The notes under the pieces were generated by a model, which was given only the letters and a program-made list of their open reading frames with translations, did no database searches and had not been told where the DNA came from. A stretch of 64,000 nt of DNA from assembly GCF_024521635.1 (NCBI RefSeq), contig NW_026250405.1, positions 1,550,001 through 1,614,000 of the forward strand, written 5' to 3'. Both the position numbers and the translations under genes were made by a program. Origin of the DNA: Tricharina praecox (Eukaryota). Below are positions 1 to 13,386 of the stretch, in pieces; the stretch's first letter is position 1; every line of letters starts with the position of its first letter.

Positions 1-133
1 CACGGTTTTATGATTCCTGATCTCCAGCATACGGCACGCAGGCTCACAATGAAAAGATTGATATTCGCTAAAACCAATAGTAGTACGCAACACACACTCC
101 ACATCCCCATCCGCAATCCATCCGTGTAACATT

Positions 134-1976
134 TCACTCAAACACCAACGCCTCAAACTTCTCCTTTGGATAAAACGCGGCCTCCGTCTTGTTCCCCTCA
201 AAGATCTCCCGTCTCTGTAGTCCATTGACGGCCTGTGTCCCACCAGTATCAGTATCAGTATGAGTAACCCTCGCACGTTCAACCCGAGAGCAAAAGCAAG
301 GAGCAAGAGCAAGGGAACATACCATCTGCGCGCTGCCCACGTCCGCAAACAAGACATAGACCCTAGCGGTCTCGGGGTCCTCCTCATCCCAGCAAATCTT
401 GATCTGCACGACCCTTCCGTAGCGTTTATACTCGTCGCCGATTTTCTGCATGAGCTCCGCGTCTTCGAGCCTTCTCTTTCCATCGACGATACCGCGCATG
501 ACCACGACCTCGGAGCGGTCCGCGTCGGCGGTGGCGCGCTTCTTGTTCTTGTCGACGATCTTGCCGCGCCCCGGCTGGCCCTTCTTGCCAGAGGACACCA
601 TCTGGATCGCCTTCGTGATGCCTTTGCCGTCGCGCCCGAGGCCCTGCCCTGCTTTCCAGCCTTGGCGCTCCATCAGCCGCTTTGCGAAGCCGGCTTGGCC
701 CGGGCGGGAGGAGGCTTCGGGCTCCGGGGAGGGCTCGGCGTACGGGTTTATGAGGTCGGACGACGGGGATTCGGTGGCAGCAGATTGGGTGTAGAGGACT
801 GGCGCGCGGGAGATGGTCAGGTCGGCTGTCGAGGCCGGAGCAGTGGCTGCGGGAGGAGGTGGCGGCGGAGGTGACTGCGGGACGTGCGTAGGTGACTGCG
901 GGACGTGCGTAGGTGCCGCTGCGTAGCCGACTTGGCCTCGCTGGGACATTCGCATTCGGCGGGCAAACGCGTCTTCTCCCGAGGCGTCGTCGGGTATCTC
1001 GATAGCTGGTGTCGGTGGTTTATTAGAAGGAGGAGGGGGAGGCGCGAACTGCGGCGGTGGAGCGAACGAGTAATTGGTGGGGGGTGCAAAGCGGCCTATA
1101 AACCAAAGTCAATCTCCGATTGACCCTTAGCAGGAAAGGAAGAAATACCTCCTACGGCAGGGCGCCTTTCGTCCTCGGAGTCACTGCTGTCGCTGTAACG
1201 GCTCCTCCGCTTCTTGCCGTATAGCCTCTCCCGCCAATCCTCCATCTCGCGGATCTTCTCGTCTCCTTCCTTGTACTCTTCGTAGCTATTGGGTCTGAGC
1301 GGATCATAGATGTCGTCCCAGTTTGTCGGCGGCGGCGGAGTGGCCTTATTCTTCTTCCTCTTCTTTCTTCCAGCACGCTGCCGTTCCTTATTGGTGCTGT
1401 TGTAGAAGCCATTGACATCCTCATCATCGCCGACCCAATCCTCGAGGGTAGTCTTGACCACTGGCTTTGGCGCTTCGGGCTTCACCTGTGGCGTCGTCGC
1501 GGAATCCTCACCGGTGGTGGTGGTGGCGCCCTTGATCGCGGCGCCGCCAATTGGCTTAAAGTTCATTCCCTTCTTCTGCTGCGGGGGCGCAGGGCGTTTC
1601 GTAATGGTGGGCTGAAATCGTAGCGCAGCTGTATAATATCCCTTGCAAGAAACACCTCGCAACGTACCCGTGAGCAAAGCTTCATTCACAAAAAAATAAC
1701 AAATGCACAACCCGGCCAGGCAAGGAAAATGGTATGCGCGTGACTACCGGCATTAATCTTTTTCTGTGTGCTTGTGTTGCTGCTGCCACTTGTAGGGTCC
1801 TCCGCCGTCGGAGTCGCCGCTGGTCCAGACGTGCCGCCGGATGGCTTTGCGAATACTACGGGCGCTTTCGAGATCGTCGCCGAGGAGCTCTTGGACGTCG
1901 ACGCAGTCGTGTCGCCGAGGAGGTTGGCGTAGAGTCCGGACATGCCGCCGCCGGGGCGCGCGGGCGGCTGCGACAT
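134..1976 (-). CDS. SPF45/RBM17-like splicing factor (G-patch + C-terminal UHM/RRM); exons 1976-1748, 1628-1149, 1095-323, 232-134
   Basis: Spliced in frame by hand: MSGLYANLL, AALRFQP, NWDDIYDPLRPNSYEEYK, G-patch FAKRLMERQGWKAGQGLGRDGKGI, then an RRM-like domain (SEVVVMRGIV...KRYGRV...VYVLF); all three GT..AG junctions keep frame. Confidence 0.88.
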
Positions 1977-2457
1977 AGTTGCTTCTGTTGTGTGGTGGTG
2001 GTGGTATTGGGTGAAGTGAGAGTGGTATGATTGAAGTCGGAGGAAGCGGTGGTGGTGGTGGTGATCTCTCGCGCGGTGACACCTTGAAGCAAACAAAGTT
2101 ATCGAGCTACATACATAACCGCGTCGCAGCAAACGAGCTAACTAGCCCAGGATCGTCGATCGTTACCCGCCCCTCCCGGTACCTGCCGTTCCCCACCACC
2201 GAATGCTTGACGTCTCCCCCACACGACCCCGGTCATATGTACTCGCCGCTGTTCTTCCAGAATATGTGTATACGAGGAGCTCCAAACCAGCTAGCTCTAG
2301 CGAAGTGGGGTATATGCAGATGAGCATGTAGGATGAGCCATGTAGAGCCCATCGAGCGTGTCTACATACCGTATCGTACCGAGCCGAGTGTACCGAGTTC
2401 CACCCCACCCCACCCCCACCAGGCCCACCTCCCCCCAGTATCATCACCAGCAGTGAA

Positions 2458-3041
2458 ATGCCAAACCTATACAAATACCTCCGCCCCCTCACACAGCAGC
2501 TGTCCAAGCCCCTCCTACGTCCCATCACCCGCGCAACCATGTCCACCGCCACCGCCGTCCCCAAGCACGAATGGCTCTGTATCCTGCCCGACATCCCCGG
2601 CGTGCACGAGAAGCGTCTTGAGATCCGCCCGCTGCACTTCGCGGGTATACAAGCTCTCGTTGCTGACGGGTTCCTGACCTGGGGCGGTATGCACTTTTCC
2701 CCCTCCCCCCTCCGAACTATAACACTGCTAATTAGTGGGACAGGCGCCGCCCTGAACGATGTCCCCAAGGACAATACGGACGCGAAGACGTTCGACTTCC
2801 ACGGGAGCGTGTTGACCGCGGTCGCGGCGACCAGGGACGAGGTCGTTGCTAGGCTTAAGGAGGATCCGTATACCAAGCATGGAGTGTGGGATTGGGAGAA
2901 GGCGCAGATCTTTTTGGTGAGTGGACGAGTGGACGGACGAGTGGACGGACGAGTGGACGGACGAGTGATGGACGAACGAGTGACTGACGGTGTGCTGGGG
3001 TACAGTTCAAGTGTGCGGTTCGGGAGCCGTTGAAGAAATAG
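2458..3041 (+). CDS. YCII-related (dimeric alpha-beta barrel) domain protein; introns ~2687-2742 and 2917-3005
   Basis: HEWLCILPD..RLEIRPLH..GGA..GSVL..LKEDPY..GVWD; last exon FKCAVREPLKK*; alternative ATG at 2539. Confidence 0.85.
2921..2966 (+). repeat. 12-bp tandem repeat (GTGGACGGACGA) ~3.5 copies in an intron
   Basis: Read directly. Confidence 0.85.
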
Positions 3042-3822
3042 ATGGAGTACCGGGGATGGCGGGGAGGAAACATCATCACACATACATACAAGGCGTTGAT
3101 CATGAATGCAATGCAATGCTACCGGTACCGGTACCTATCGGTTGAATCCAATCTACCATATGTGATAGTGATACATGCAGAATGTAGTATTGCGGCAACT
3201 TCCCGTCTCTCACCTACGCTACAACACCAAAAACTCATGAAATCCACAGCTTCCGACACAGTTGCTTCCAGCAGTTATTCCACCACCCCATCCAGCTCCC
3301 ATCCAGCCCAACGCCCCTACCGTAAGACATCCTGAGTTCTGACTATCTGTGCCGCGTGTGGTGACTCCAAATCTTGCAAGTATGGAGGGCGCAGAGCGGA
3401 AGGGATTGGACGTTATCTATGAAGGAACTATCAGAGGCTGTAAAACTACGGTTTCGGTACGCAGCTGCCGCGTGGTACTGTACCCACTGTACTTGGGATT
3501 TGCTTGTATGGTCCGTATTGTTTGGCTGATCGGTGATCGGTTGATATTTAGTGAAGTGATTCGTCCTTAGTGTCTGATGCGATAATGTGACATGGCGAGA
3601 ATACTGGTATCTGGGTGGTCGTGATGATACCTCTGCATACATGATGATCTCTTCACGGTTGTAGGTATGTTGCTTAGTGGAGGAGAATGTTTACCGAATC
3701 ATCAATTCTATCCCACCAATGCGAAACACAAGACAGATGCAAACTCCAAAATCCACAGAAGACGAAGAACAAGAAGAAGTAAGTAAGAAGTAAGTAAATA
3801 CAGGTAAGCCACAGCCCATCCA

Positions 3823-6215
3823 TCACTGCGAAGAAGAGAAACTATCAAACAACCCGCCCCCACCAGCGCCCATAGCCGGTCTCGACCTTCCCCTCCCCCT
3901 CTGCTCTGTGGGCGTTGGTGCGCGTCTGAACCCAAAGCTATCATACGCGGCGGCGGTGGTAGCACCAGAATTCGCATCCAGCGTCTGCCTGCGGCGCATG
4001 TGGGCGCGCTCCTCTCGCCAGAACGCGCGCTTGCGCTGGCGCTGCATCCTAAGCAGCAGTCTCCAGACCTCCATGACGGTAGCTATGGCGACGAGCAGCA
4101 TGCCAGTATTTGCCAGAGTGCGTTCGCGGGCCGCGTTGAGCGCGATCATTGTTCCGGTGGCTAGCGCGGCGAGAACTTCCATGCCCGAGAAGATACGCGT
4201 GGTTGTGTCGTTGCGGGCCATGCGCCAAAGCGCCGCGGTCACGACGATGGGCAAAGCGATGGACTTGGACGCCGTGGGCGCGAGCGCGGCGGTGCTCGCT
4301 GCGATCAGCAGGAGCCCGAGACGCCCGAGGACTTCGGTTAGGAGCTCGCGCTCTTGCGCCAGCCCGCCCTGCGCGATGTCTTCGGGCTCGTCTGAGAGCT
4401 TGAGGCCGCCGTCGAAGATTCCCTCTAGGCCGGTGTCGTCCATGGTTGGTGGGGCGATGCGGCGGAAGCGTGCTTCGGCCATCACTGGAGTGGGGTTCGT
4501 CTTAATAGGGTCGGGCTCGGTGGTCATGGTTGGCCGGTTGAAGAGGGAGACGGGGGTTTGGGGTTGGCCGAAGCGGATTTCGGTAGGATTGAGGGAGAGG
4601 CGACCAGCGGGTGTGCGGGAGGATAGGCCGGGATTTCGGGTGGGGGATTCGGAGGGCTGACGGATTGCCCAAGGGCTGTTACCGCGCGTTGGGGGCATGG
4701 GGGTGATCGGGTCCCAATCCATTGCGTCGTCGTCGAGGTACCTTTTAGGGGTTGGTGAAGGTGATGGGACGATTTCGGCGTTGCTGTTGCGGTAGGAGGG
4801 AGTGATGGGGGGAATGGTCTGGTTGATATATATTGGGCGCAAAGGTGGAGTCCTAGTGAGCGACAATTGTGGTGTCTGCCGTTGCTGTTGCTGTGGTTGC
4901 TGCCGTTGCGGCCGTTGCTGTTGCGGCCGCGGTGTCTGCTTCTTGGGGGAACCTTTTGCCGTATATGAGTTTGGTGACGGTGGTCGAGTCTTTTGTGGTG
5001 ACGGAGGACCAGTCTCGCGGAGGGAGAAGGACGGAGGATCTTCCAGCTTCAGACAGGTGATAGAGAACATGAAGCACTAAATGAGATTAGAATCAAATCG
5101 GTCGAGACCATGTTGGGGAACAGCATACCATCAAGCCGATAAAAAAGAATAAGGCATGTGCATTTAGACGAGCCTCCTCATCGAAGCCCCGCATCAAACC
5201 GCCCTGGCGAAGCAGCAGCCATGCCGCCGTCCGTATGACAACCACCGCGATTTCGATGTGCAGGTACTCCCTGCCGCCAACGAGCTTCTTCTCCGGATGC
5301 ATCTCGACACCCAACTGTCGGTAGAGCCACCAGAACCCGAGCAGAGTCCAGGGGAAGTACTGCGAGGCCTGGTAGTATGACACATCATGACACGCAATAT
5401 CGAACTCAGACTTGCTGAAACTGCTGAGCAAGCACCGTATCCAGCCCGCATTCACAGTATTCTCGACGACGGCGGCAGCCGGGTGGAAAAGCGAGCTGAC
5501 ATGCCACACCAAGAAGAGCACATTCCCCCACCACCACACCACTCCTCTCAATCCCCAGAACGCCCACTTCAATAGCTGCATCGGTCCCAACTCCACGGGG
5601 GTAGACGGCCGCTCGCTCCTGGCCAGCATGTGTCCCAAGCTCGCCACCTTCGCATCGTAGTTGACCTGCTTCAGCCTCTGCTTGACGCGCGGGATGCACT
5701 CGGCACACATCGGCGGGAACTTTGCTTCCATGTCCTTTATGTACTTCGGATACGCCGTGTTCACGTAGTAGTGGTAGTCCGGATGGTCCTCCTGTGGCAT
5801 TTCACTCTCGTACTGCAGCCGGGCGTTCTGCAGGATCAGCTGGTTGTGTTCGCATTGCGTGCAGAACGTCGGTGATGCCGGGGCGGAGGAGGTGCCGCTG
5901 GCGACGCGGGAAGACGTCCGCCGGTGTCCAAAGTTCACCGCCGACGGAGGTGCTTCCGGAACATAGTCGGCTATCTCGCCGTTCTGTGATGTTACGTCAG
6001 CGAAATCAGGCCGGGGGTGGGGAGCTGAGAGCTGAGAGCTGGGAGCTCGGTGGCGTGCGGCGACGTACCTTGTCTAGGTGGTTGTCGGCGTTGCACTGCA
6101 GACAGGTGAACATGCTGACTCGGCCGTTCGGATGGTATTTGGCCGCGTCGCCGGGCACGCTGTGTTGACCGCAATAGAAACAAGAGACTTTTCGGCGGCG
6201 GAAGATGGAGGGCAT
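3823..6215 (-). CDS. ima1: Inner nuclear membrane protein Ima1 (Samp1/NET5 family); exons 6215-6069, 5983-5129, 5076-3823
   Basis: N-terminal CFYCG..CLQCNADNHLD|NGEI..FCTQCEHNQ..PPMCAEC zinc-binding pattern, several TM segments, DAMDWDP and TGLE motifs. Confidence 0.88.
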
Positions 6216-6560
6216 TATTATAGCATCTGCTATCGAATATCGTGGAGGAGGGGAGTGTATATGTGTGCTGAACGTAAAGTTTGGTCGCTCGTGTTGAATA
6301 GGGTTTCCTCCGGAGCTGTGGTGTTGGCGAGAAGGGAGTCGGTGGTTGGCGGTGGTGTTGTTGGGCTTGGAGATTCGGAGGTTGAGATGAGAAGAGCAAT
6401 GAGTGCGGCTCAACAGGAAAGCAAAAAAAACACGCGACAAGGCTGACCGCTGGCAACACCAATTTAGCCCTAAAGTAGCAACCCGTACCGTACTCACTCA
6501 ACACGCTCTCTCGAGTCTCGGGATGCCACGGTAAGTGACAATTGCTTCAACAACAGCACG

Positions 6561-7323
6561 ATGCTCCCCGCGATCTTGTTGCTAGCCTTCATTTTCTTGG
6601 CACTTCTGACGGTACCGCACTCCCCGTCCCGCTCAATTCTATAACAAAGCCACCCTGCCAGCCTGCCAACCAGCCAGCTAACCGCCCCAGCTCCGGCTTC
6701 TCTACATCCTCCCCGTGACACACGGCACACCTCCGGCACCCCCGCAATCCCGACATGGACCAAAGCACCTAATGATCCTTCTCGGCTCCGGCGGGCACAC
6801 CGCCGAGATGCTTCTCTTGCTCGCCTCGCTGCCCTCCTCCTCCTCCACCGAGCACATCAAGCGCACCTACATCGTGACCTCCGGCGACGCGCTCTCGATC
6901 CAGAAAGCGGCCACCTACGAAACCGCGCTCAGCACATCCTCCACATCTCCCACATCATCTACGAACTGCACGATCCGCGTAGTCCCGCGCGCCCGCCGCG
7001 TGGGCCAGAGCTGGCTGTCGACCCCGTGGGATTGTCTGCTGTGTCTGCTCGGCTGTCTGCGCGCCTTCGTCGCCGGCGGTGTTCCGGACGTGCTCGTGTG
7101 CAATGGGCCCGGGAGTGCGGTGCTGATGGTGCTAGTGGCGCTTGCAGGCCGGTTCTTTGGGCTGGCAAAGACGAGGACGCTGTATGTGGAGAGTTTTGCT
7201 AGGACCCGCTCGCTGAGCTTGAGTGGGAAACTGCTGTATCCTGTCGTGGATAGGTTCTTTGTCCAGTGGCCGAAATTGAAGGAGCAGTATCCTAGGGCGG
7301 AGTATAGAGGGATTCTGGTTTGA
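6561..7323 (+). CDS. ALG14: UDP-GlcNAc transferase subunit ALG14; intron 6612-6690
   Basis: N-terminal TM exon spliced in frame to LGSGGHTAEM, PRARRVGQS, PDVLVCNGPG, YVESFAR..LSLSGKLL, FFVQWP. Confidence 0.95.
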
Positions 7324-7492
7324 TACCATTGGGCTGGCTGTTTGTACGAGTAAATTCAAGTTGATACCTAATACTGGAACCTCGTTCACGAGGGCTATGA
7401 AGAAGACGGATGAATAGTGCTTTTGACTCACCCTTTCCCCCTATCTATACATACATGAATAGTACAAAGCTCCCAACGCAACCCTCCCCCCT

Positions 7493-8631
7493 CTAATCCA
7501 CGCCCACATCCTGGTGCTGCACCTTTTCCAGTAATTCCGGCCTGTTCTGTGCCATCACCCTTCCAATCTGCTCCATGATGCTCTCGGTCATGACCGGTGG
7601 TCCGCGCGCCTTCTTCTCGGCCCTGAGCGACCTGTTGAGCTCCTGCACCGGCGTGGAGACCTGGATGCCCGCCTTCGCCAGCCGCCTCCTCTCGGCGCGC
7701 TCGATGTCGGCAATGTACTCCGGCTCGTGCCTCATCCTGAACTTGGAGTACTTATTCCTCAGCTCGTCCATGACGGACATGGGGAACGGCGGCTCGAGCA
7801 GCTTCGGCACGTAGGTAGTGGTCTCGACGTGCATGATGCGGGAATCAGCGGGCTGGTCGAAGTGCTCCTTCTCGGGCTCCTTCTCGGGCCACGGGATCTC
7901 GGTGGTGGTGCCCGAGATGTACCGTGACCACTCCGGGACGCCCCCCTCAGCCTTGTCGACGAACACCTTCGACATCGCCACCTTCGCTACAACCGTGTCT
8001 TGCAGCTTGTTCGTCTTCGGGTCGAGAACTGGGATCACTAGCCGCACGTCGTCGTAGTGGATCGGCGACTCGCGGAATAGTACCGACGGCTGGTTCGCGT
8101 CGATAGACCGGAAGACGTCGGGGACTTTCATGGGAATCTGGTGCGATATCAGCATCATCGGCACACTCCCGCACCTCCGGCGGCGTCCCGGAAGGTAGGT
8201 AGGCAGCATACCATATTCATGCCCTCGACGGTCAACGAATTACTGCCCTTATCCAAACTCTTGACGACACCGATCTTGTGCCTATCAGGGCCCTTAAGGA
8301 TAACGACGCGATCCTTCTCGACGATATTCCAATACTTGATGCGATTCTCCCATGGGACGGGGGGAGGAACGACGCGATGCTGTTCGAAAGCGCCGAGACG
8401 TTCGAGCTCCTCCTTTCCCACGGCGCGGCGGGGCCTGAGCGGCCCAAGCCGGTGGTCCTCCTTCTCCTCGAAGCGTGAGGTGCGCCGGTCCACGTTGAGC
8501 GCCTTGTGGAAGGCCGCGTGCTCCTTGCGGGCGTTGTTGAGCCGGCGTCGGTCGTTCGTCTCGTTCACCTTTTTCAGCCGCCGCGCGGCTTGCGTTTTGG
8601 CCCGGAGAGCCCGCGAGAGGAGTTTGTCCAT
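7493..8631 (-). CDS. MRPL40: Mitochondrial ribosomal protein uL24m (KOW); intron 8211-8138
   Basis: DHRLGPLRPRR, KOW motif DRVVILKGPDRHKIGVV, PIHYDDVRLV, RYISGT..IPWP, PPFP.SVMDELRNKYSKFR. Confidence 0.9.
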
Positions 8632-9895
8632 CGGTTGTGCTGGTAGGGGGGAAGCTGTGGACGGGACTGCGGACTGCGGGGTGTGGTGGTGCAAGGCGGC
8701 GTGCGTTGCTGTTTAATTCGGGAGAAAGATTTTGGCGGCGGCTTGGCAAGGACTAGTATGGATGGTAGAGGGTTGAGAGGTCTCCCTGGGGTTCCCGATT
8801 GGGAGACGGAAGTGGAGTTTGAGATGGAAATTGTGAGCCAGAATGGGGCCGGCAAGGCACGAATAGGCGTTGTAAGGTAATTGATGGAAAGCGAGAACTC
8901 CATCGGAAGAGAAAGTGCAATTCCAAGTGCCACATGAGATATCATTCGCACGGAGGTCACAAGACCCCCGAGTCAATCACGGCAATTGCAGCGAGTCCCT
9001 GAATACAGCATGCATCTACGGATCTACGGATCATACAGCTGCTCACATCTTGGATGCTCGTCTTTGGCTTTGTCTCCTTGTGTATGATCGTGGATGGCCC
9101 ACAACCGTGGTCTCATCCATCGCTACTATGCTTCCCTTACCTACTCCAGGCTCCTCACAGATATCACGTACGATGCGACGAGTCGACGAACACAATGAAG
9201 ACACATACATACATGATGTACCCCTTCATTGTTCCCGCACCATTTGGACTAACACTGCCCCCAACCGCTCGGTCTACCGATTGAGTATCATCCGGCACTG
9301 CGGCACTGAGACACACACCTCCTGGACTTCACTACCGCACTCTACAGAATACAGTGCACACAGTCCAGACCATCATGTGTACCTACTACCGGTGAGTATG
9401 ATGCTATTTATACAGTCACCTTGGTGTTGTTGAGATCTTGATTCTTAGTCTCAGTGGTCGCTGGTCACTGGTCGGATGTGGTGATCTGGGTAGTTGGGCG
9501 GCCGGAGTATCCGGGTTCTTGTAAGTTAGATCCTCCGGGTTGCTGTTTTCTCGGGATTGCTGATGGATTGCATTTGTGTAGAGCTTGGATAGCTGTTTGG
9601 TTAGACTACATATTCCCCTAGACTGGCAATTCAGCAGATATCATATGTACATCAGGAATTTTACCTGCTGTGGCTGCCCATATGACGAACCATTACCCAT
9701 GACCGGCAGGTGTTATCAGATGGATCTAACTACAAACCAACCAACCAACCAATGCCCACCCCACCAACGCCCACCCCACCAAACTACCCCGCCAACCACA
9801 AAAAACCTTAAACGCACTCCGCATCATTGCCATTCTCCGCCTCCGCCTCCCCCACCCCGTCTCACCCACTTCACCACTCCCACCTACGGCCCACC

Positions 9896-10555
9896 ATGTC
9901 CCTCCCCTCGCACAAGACCTTGCTCCTCAACACGAGCATCGAGCACCGGATCCTGCGCTTCGGCACATTCACCTTAAAATCCGGTCGGACCTCACCGTAC
10001 TTCTTCCAAGCCGGAGGCTTCAACACGGCATCTTTACTCTCCACGTTGAGCAGCGCATACGCGCGAACGATCGCGCGTTCCGGCGTCGACTTTGACGTCG
10101 TATTCGGGCCGGCATACAAGGGCATCCCATTGGCGGCGACTACCGCGACCGCGCTGTTCGCGCTTGACGCGGAGGCGTATGGGGGTGTCGGGTACGCCTT
10201 CAATAGGAAGGAGGTGAAGGATCATGGCGAGGGCGGGATGATTGTTGGTGCGGAGCTGAAGGGGATGAGGGTGCTCGTTGTCGACGATGTTATCACCGCT
10301 GGCACGGCGATTAGGGAGGCTGTGGGCATTATTGAGAAGGCGGGCGGAACGGTCGTGGGGATTGTGGTCGCCCTCGATAGGCAGGAGAGGCTGAACGAGG
10401 AGGAAGGCGAGAGCGCTATCATGAGTGTTAGGCGCGAGCTGGGGGTGCCTGTGGTGCCCATCTTGACCCTGGGAGATCTGATTGAGGGCGTGGAGGGAGA
10501 GCAGAGGGAGGCCATGGTCGCGTATAGAGCTAGGTATGGGGCCGCGGAGGAATAG
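9896..10555 (+). CDS. URA5: Orotate phosphoribosyltransferase, intronless
   Basis: FGTFTLKSGRTSPYFF, FGPAYKGIP, FNRKEVKDHGEGG, PRPP-binding loop VVDDVITAGTA, ALDRQE. Confidence 0.98.
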   Translation: MSLPSHKTLLLNTSIEHRILRFGTFTLKSGRTSPYFFQAGGFNTASLLSTLSSAYARTIARSGVDFDVVFGPAYKGIPLAATTATALFALDAEAYGGVGYAFNRKEVKDHGEGGMIVGAELKGMRVLVVDDVITAGTAIREAVGIIEKAGGTVVGIVVALDRQERLNEEEGESAIMSVRRELGVPVVPILTLGDLIEGVEGEQREAMVAYRARYGAAEE

Positions 10556-11575
10556 ATTCGGGGTTGCTGGCTGGCTGGCTTGGGCGGTTGGATATCTCCC
10601 CGTGTGCACGTGAAGCGGCGCTGGGTGTGGTTGTGTGTACGGGTGTGGGTGTGGGTGTGGATGGGTGTGCTTGCTGTACGCCTGTCTCGGGGAGGTGGAG
10701 AGGTTCCGCTTGCAAAGAGCGAGTGAGCGACGTGCCATCCATCGCCAGTGAAACATGTCCGAATACAAATAGACAGCTCGGTGATCGATCACGCGTGGTC
10801 AGTCGATCAAGCGGCTGGAGTTTACATCGAGAGTTGAGTTCTCCGTCTCCAGCCAGAGCAGGTACCTAGGTCGGTAGGACAAATCCCCAGTCTTTGGCAC
10901 GAAGTTACATAGCATAGCAAGACGAGATGAAGCCCCCCTCGCGCCCTCGCACCCTCGCACCCTCGTACCCGCTCGCCGCATGCTGGAACAGGTAAGTAGC
11001 CAAAATTTCCAACTTAGCGAATGACAGTTGATGATGACGCCTCATGCCCAACCAACCAACCAATCTCACCACAGGTCCGCAGGTGCGCAGGTCCGCAGCG
11101 CATGTACAATTCCAAATCCAATTCCAACGGTTCCCCAAACCGTCCACCTCCCCCCCCTCCCCTGCCCCCATTCGATCTGCGCTTACCCGCGAGACATCCC
11201 CCCATCACCACCACCACCACCACCATCACCCATCACCCGTCACTCCCAAGCCTTCGGGCACGGCTGCCCACATACGCCGAAGGGATTAGGGATTAGGAGG
11301 ACACTTCGGTCTCGGCCTGCCCCCCCTCCCCCCTCCATGTGATGCGCACAGCAACAATAACAGCAGTAACAACTACACCAATAACAGCAACAGGAACAGG
11401 AACAGCAACAGGAACGAAAGCTAATTGTAAAATTCTAATTGTCATTCTGGTCTGGGAGCGCTGTAGTGTACAGTGTACAGTGAGTGGATGCAGTGTACTA
11501 GTATGCATGCTCCCTCCCGTCCGCGCAAGATCTGGCTGTGCTGCGAATCTGGCGGTTTTGGCGGCCGCGAACGTG

Positions 11576-11632
11576 AGGACAGGACAGGACAGGACAGGAC
11601 AGGACAGGACAGGACAGGATAGGGCAGGACAG
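11576..11632. repeat. (AGGAC)8 microsatellite with degenerate tail
   Basis: Read directly. Confidence 0.9.
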
Positions 11633-11841
11633 GGCCGAGGTTGTTGGTGATGATCGCGAGCTGAATGGAGAAGGGCTTGAGGGGAGGGGTGGAGGGATAC
11701 AGGTTCATCTCCGATCCCATCGTGTCGTCATGTCGTCGTATCTGCCCTACCTTGCTCTGCTCTGCAAACCTACGTATGGGGTGCATAAGTCCCATACCAT
11801 ACCATACCATACCATACGGCCCCCGGGGGGTGTGGGCACTT

Positions 11842-11866
11842 GGGGGGGGGGGGGGGGGGGGGGGGG
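11842..11866. repeat. Poly-G tract (25 G)
   Basis: Read directly. Confidence 0.9.
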
Positions 11867-12750
11867 ATCAGCTGTTGGATGCTATTTGCAGGCTTGCAGC
11901 TTGGGGTTCGAGTGCGAGTAGTGGGAGTAGGTATGCAAACATCCAGCAGCGCACGCACCGAGGCATGATTTGAAATGCCCGCCCGCGAAAGCTCAGACGT
12001 ACTTGGGTAGGCAGGCCCGGACTGGACGGGGGTCTGCGACTCTGCGAGGCTTGTGTGTAGGTGCTTGGGTGCTTGGGTGCGTACACGATACACACATCGT
12101 ACATTGTATATTGTACATCACACCGTACATCGTCATCTGCTGCACAATGCAACTGCAACTGCAACTGCACCGCGGAGAGGAGTTCTGGGAATTAGACGAG
12201 CGAGCGAGCTAACTGGGTACTGTGCACTCTCACCATCTACTTGTACGTCTGGGTTGTTGATTTCCTCCAGTGGACAGTACTTACCTGCAGACAGACAGGT
12301 GGACTGTATCCTGGTGGACTGTATCCTGTGGATGGGGGGACACTGCTCGTCGATCCTCCGGTATGTAGGCGAGAGAGACGAGGGGAGAAGAAACTCAAAA
12401 TCGACTTTGCCTCGCCGGGCGCCGCTGGGGACTGGAGACTGGTTGACGGTGCTGGTGACGGTGAGACGTAAGGGGAGCTGGTTTCCCGTGCGGCCGCAAG
12501 CAGTGGTGTGCCGCCTGTCAATATCCATGGCAATGGCAAATGTTGCAAGCGATGCCACACAACTGTTTAACGACCGCTGTTATATTCCTCTCTCTCTCTC
12601 GGTCCCTCCGTACCGCAGCGGGGAGAGGGGTGATGATGGTGATGAAGATGGTGGTGGGAGTGCTGGGAGTGCTGGGAGTGGTCACGATGACGCCTGGCCG
12701 TGGTGGATGGATGGCCACGCCTTGATCCGGCGAGTGGGGGGAGGGAGGGC

Positions 12751-12798
12751 TGGTGGTGGTGGTGGTGGTGGTGGTGGTGGTGGTGGTGGTGGTGGTGG
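12751..12798. repeat. (TGG)16 microsatellite
   Basis: Read directly. Confidence 0.9.
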
Positions 12799-13386
12799 CC
12801 TCCTTTCCCGGCTGAGATCTAGATCCCGCACGCTCATGTAATGGCAACTGCTGCTCCCGAGACATAACACGATAAGTGTAAATGAAGTTTCGACGACGTA
12901 AGTACGTAGGAGCCTCGCCTGCGAGAGGGAGGGGTTTCCCTGGATGGCTGCTTGTTCCACGAGCCCAGCGAGACTATCAAGACAGGTTGGATGCGGTGAT
13001 GGTTGGCGGCTGGTGGATGTGAACTTTCTTGTCGATTTTCTGCTGGATATGGACTTTTTCATGTCAACCTGCTGCTGCTGCCGCTGCTACTACCGTCGAT
13101 GGGAAAAGTCCCTGCTGATGGTGACATGATGGCGATGGTGTGATCGTCTGTATGGGGATAGGGGTGTCTGTCAGTTGTCCGTTTGGATCGTGGGCTGATA
13201 CACAGCCCTCCTAATCCACGCAGGGCGGGTATCTCTCGCCCACCCGCTTCTTTTTCTGGCCACAATAAGCTCTCCGTCGGGGGGAGGGGGGCGGCTGTGA
13301 GAAAGTCTCCAGACACCTGGACGACCACCAGAGAACCAGTGGCACCGGCCCCGCGCTGCTGAAGATGGTCGCAATTATAAATCAGT

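Noticed and set aside
8915..9433. 172-aa ORF between MRPL40 and URA5
   Set aside because: Non-ATG start, no recognisable motif, lies in a divergent promoter
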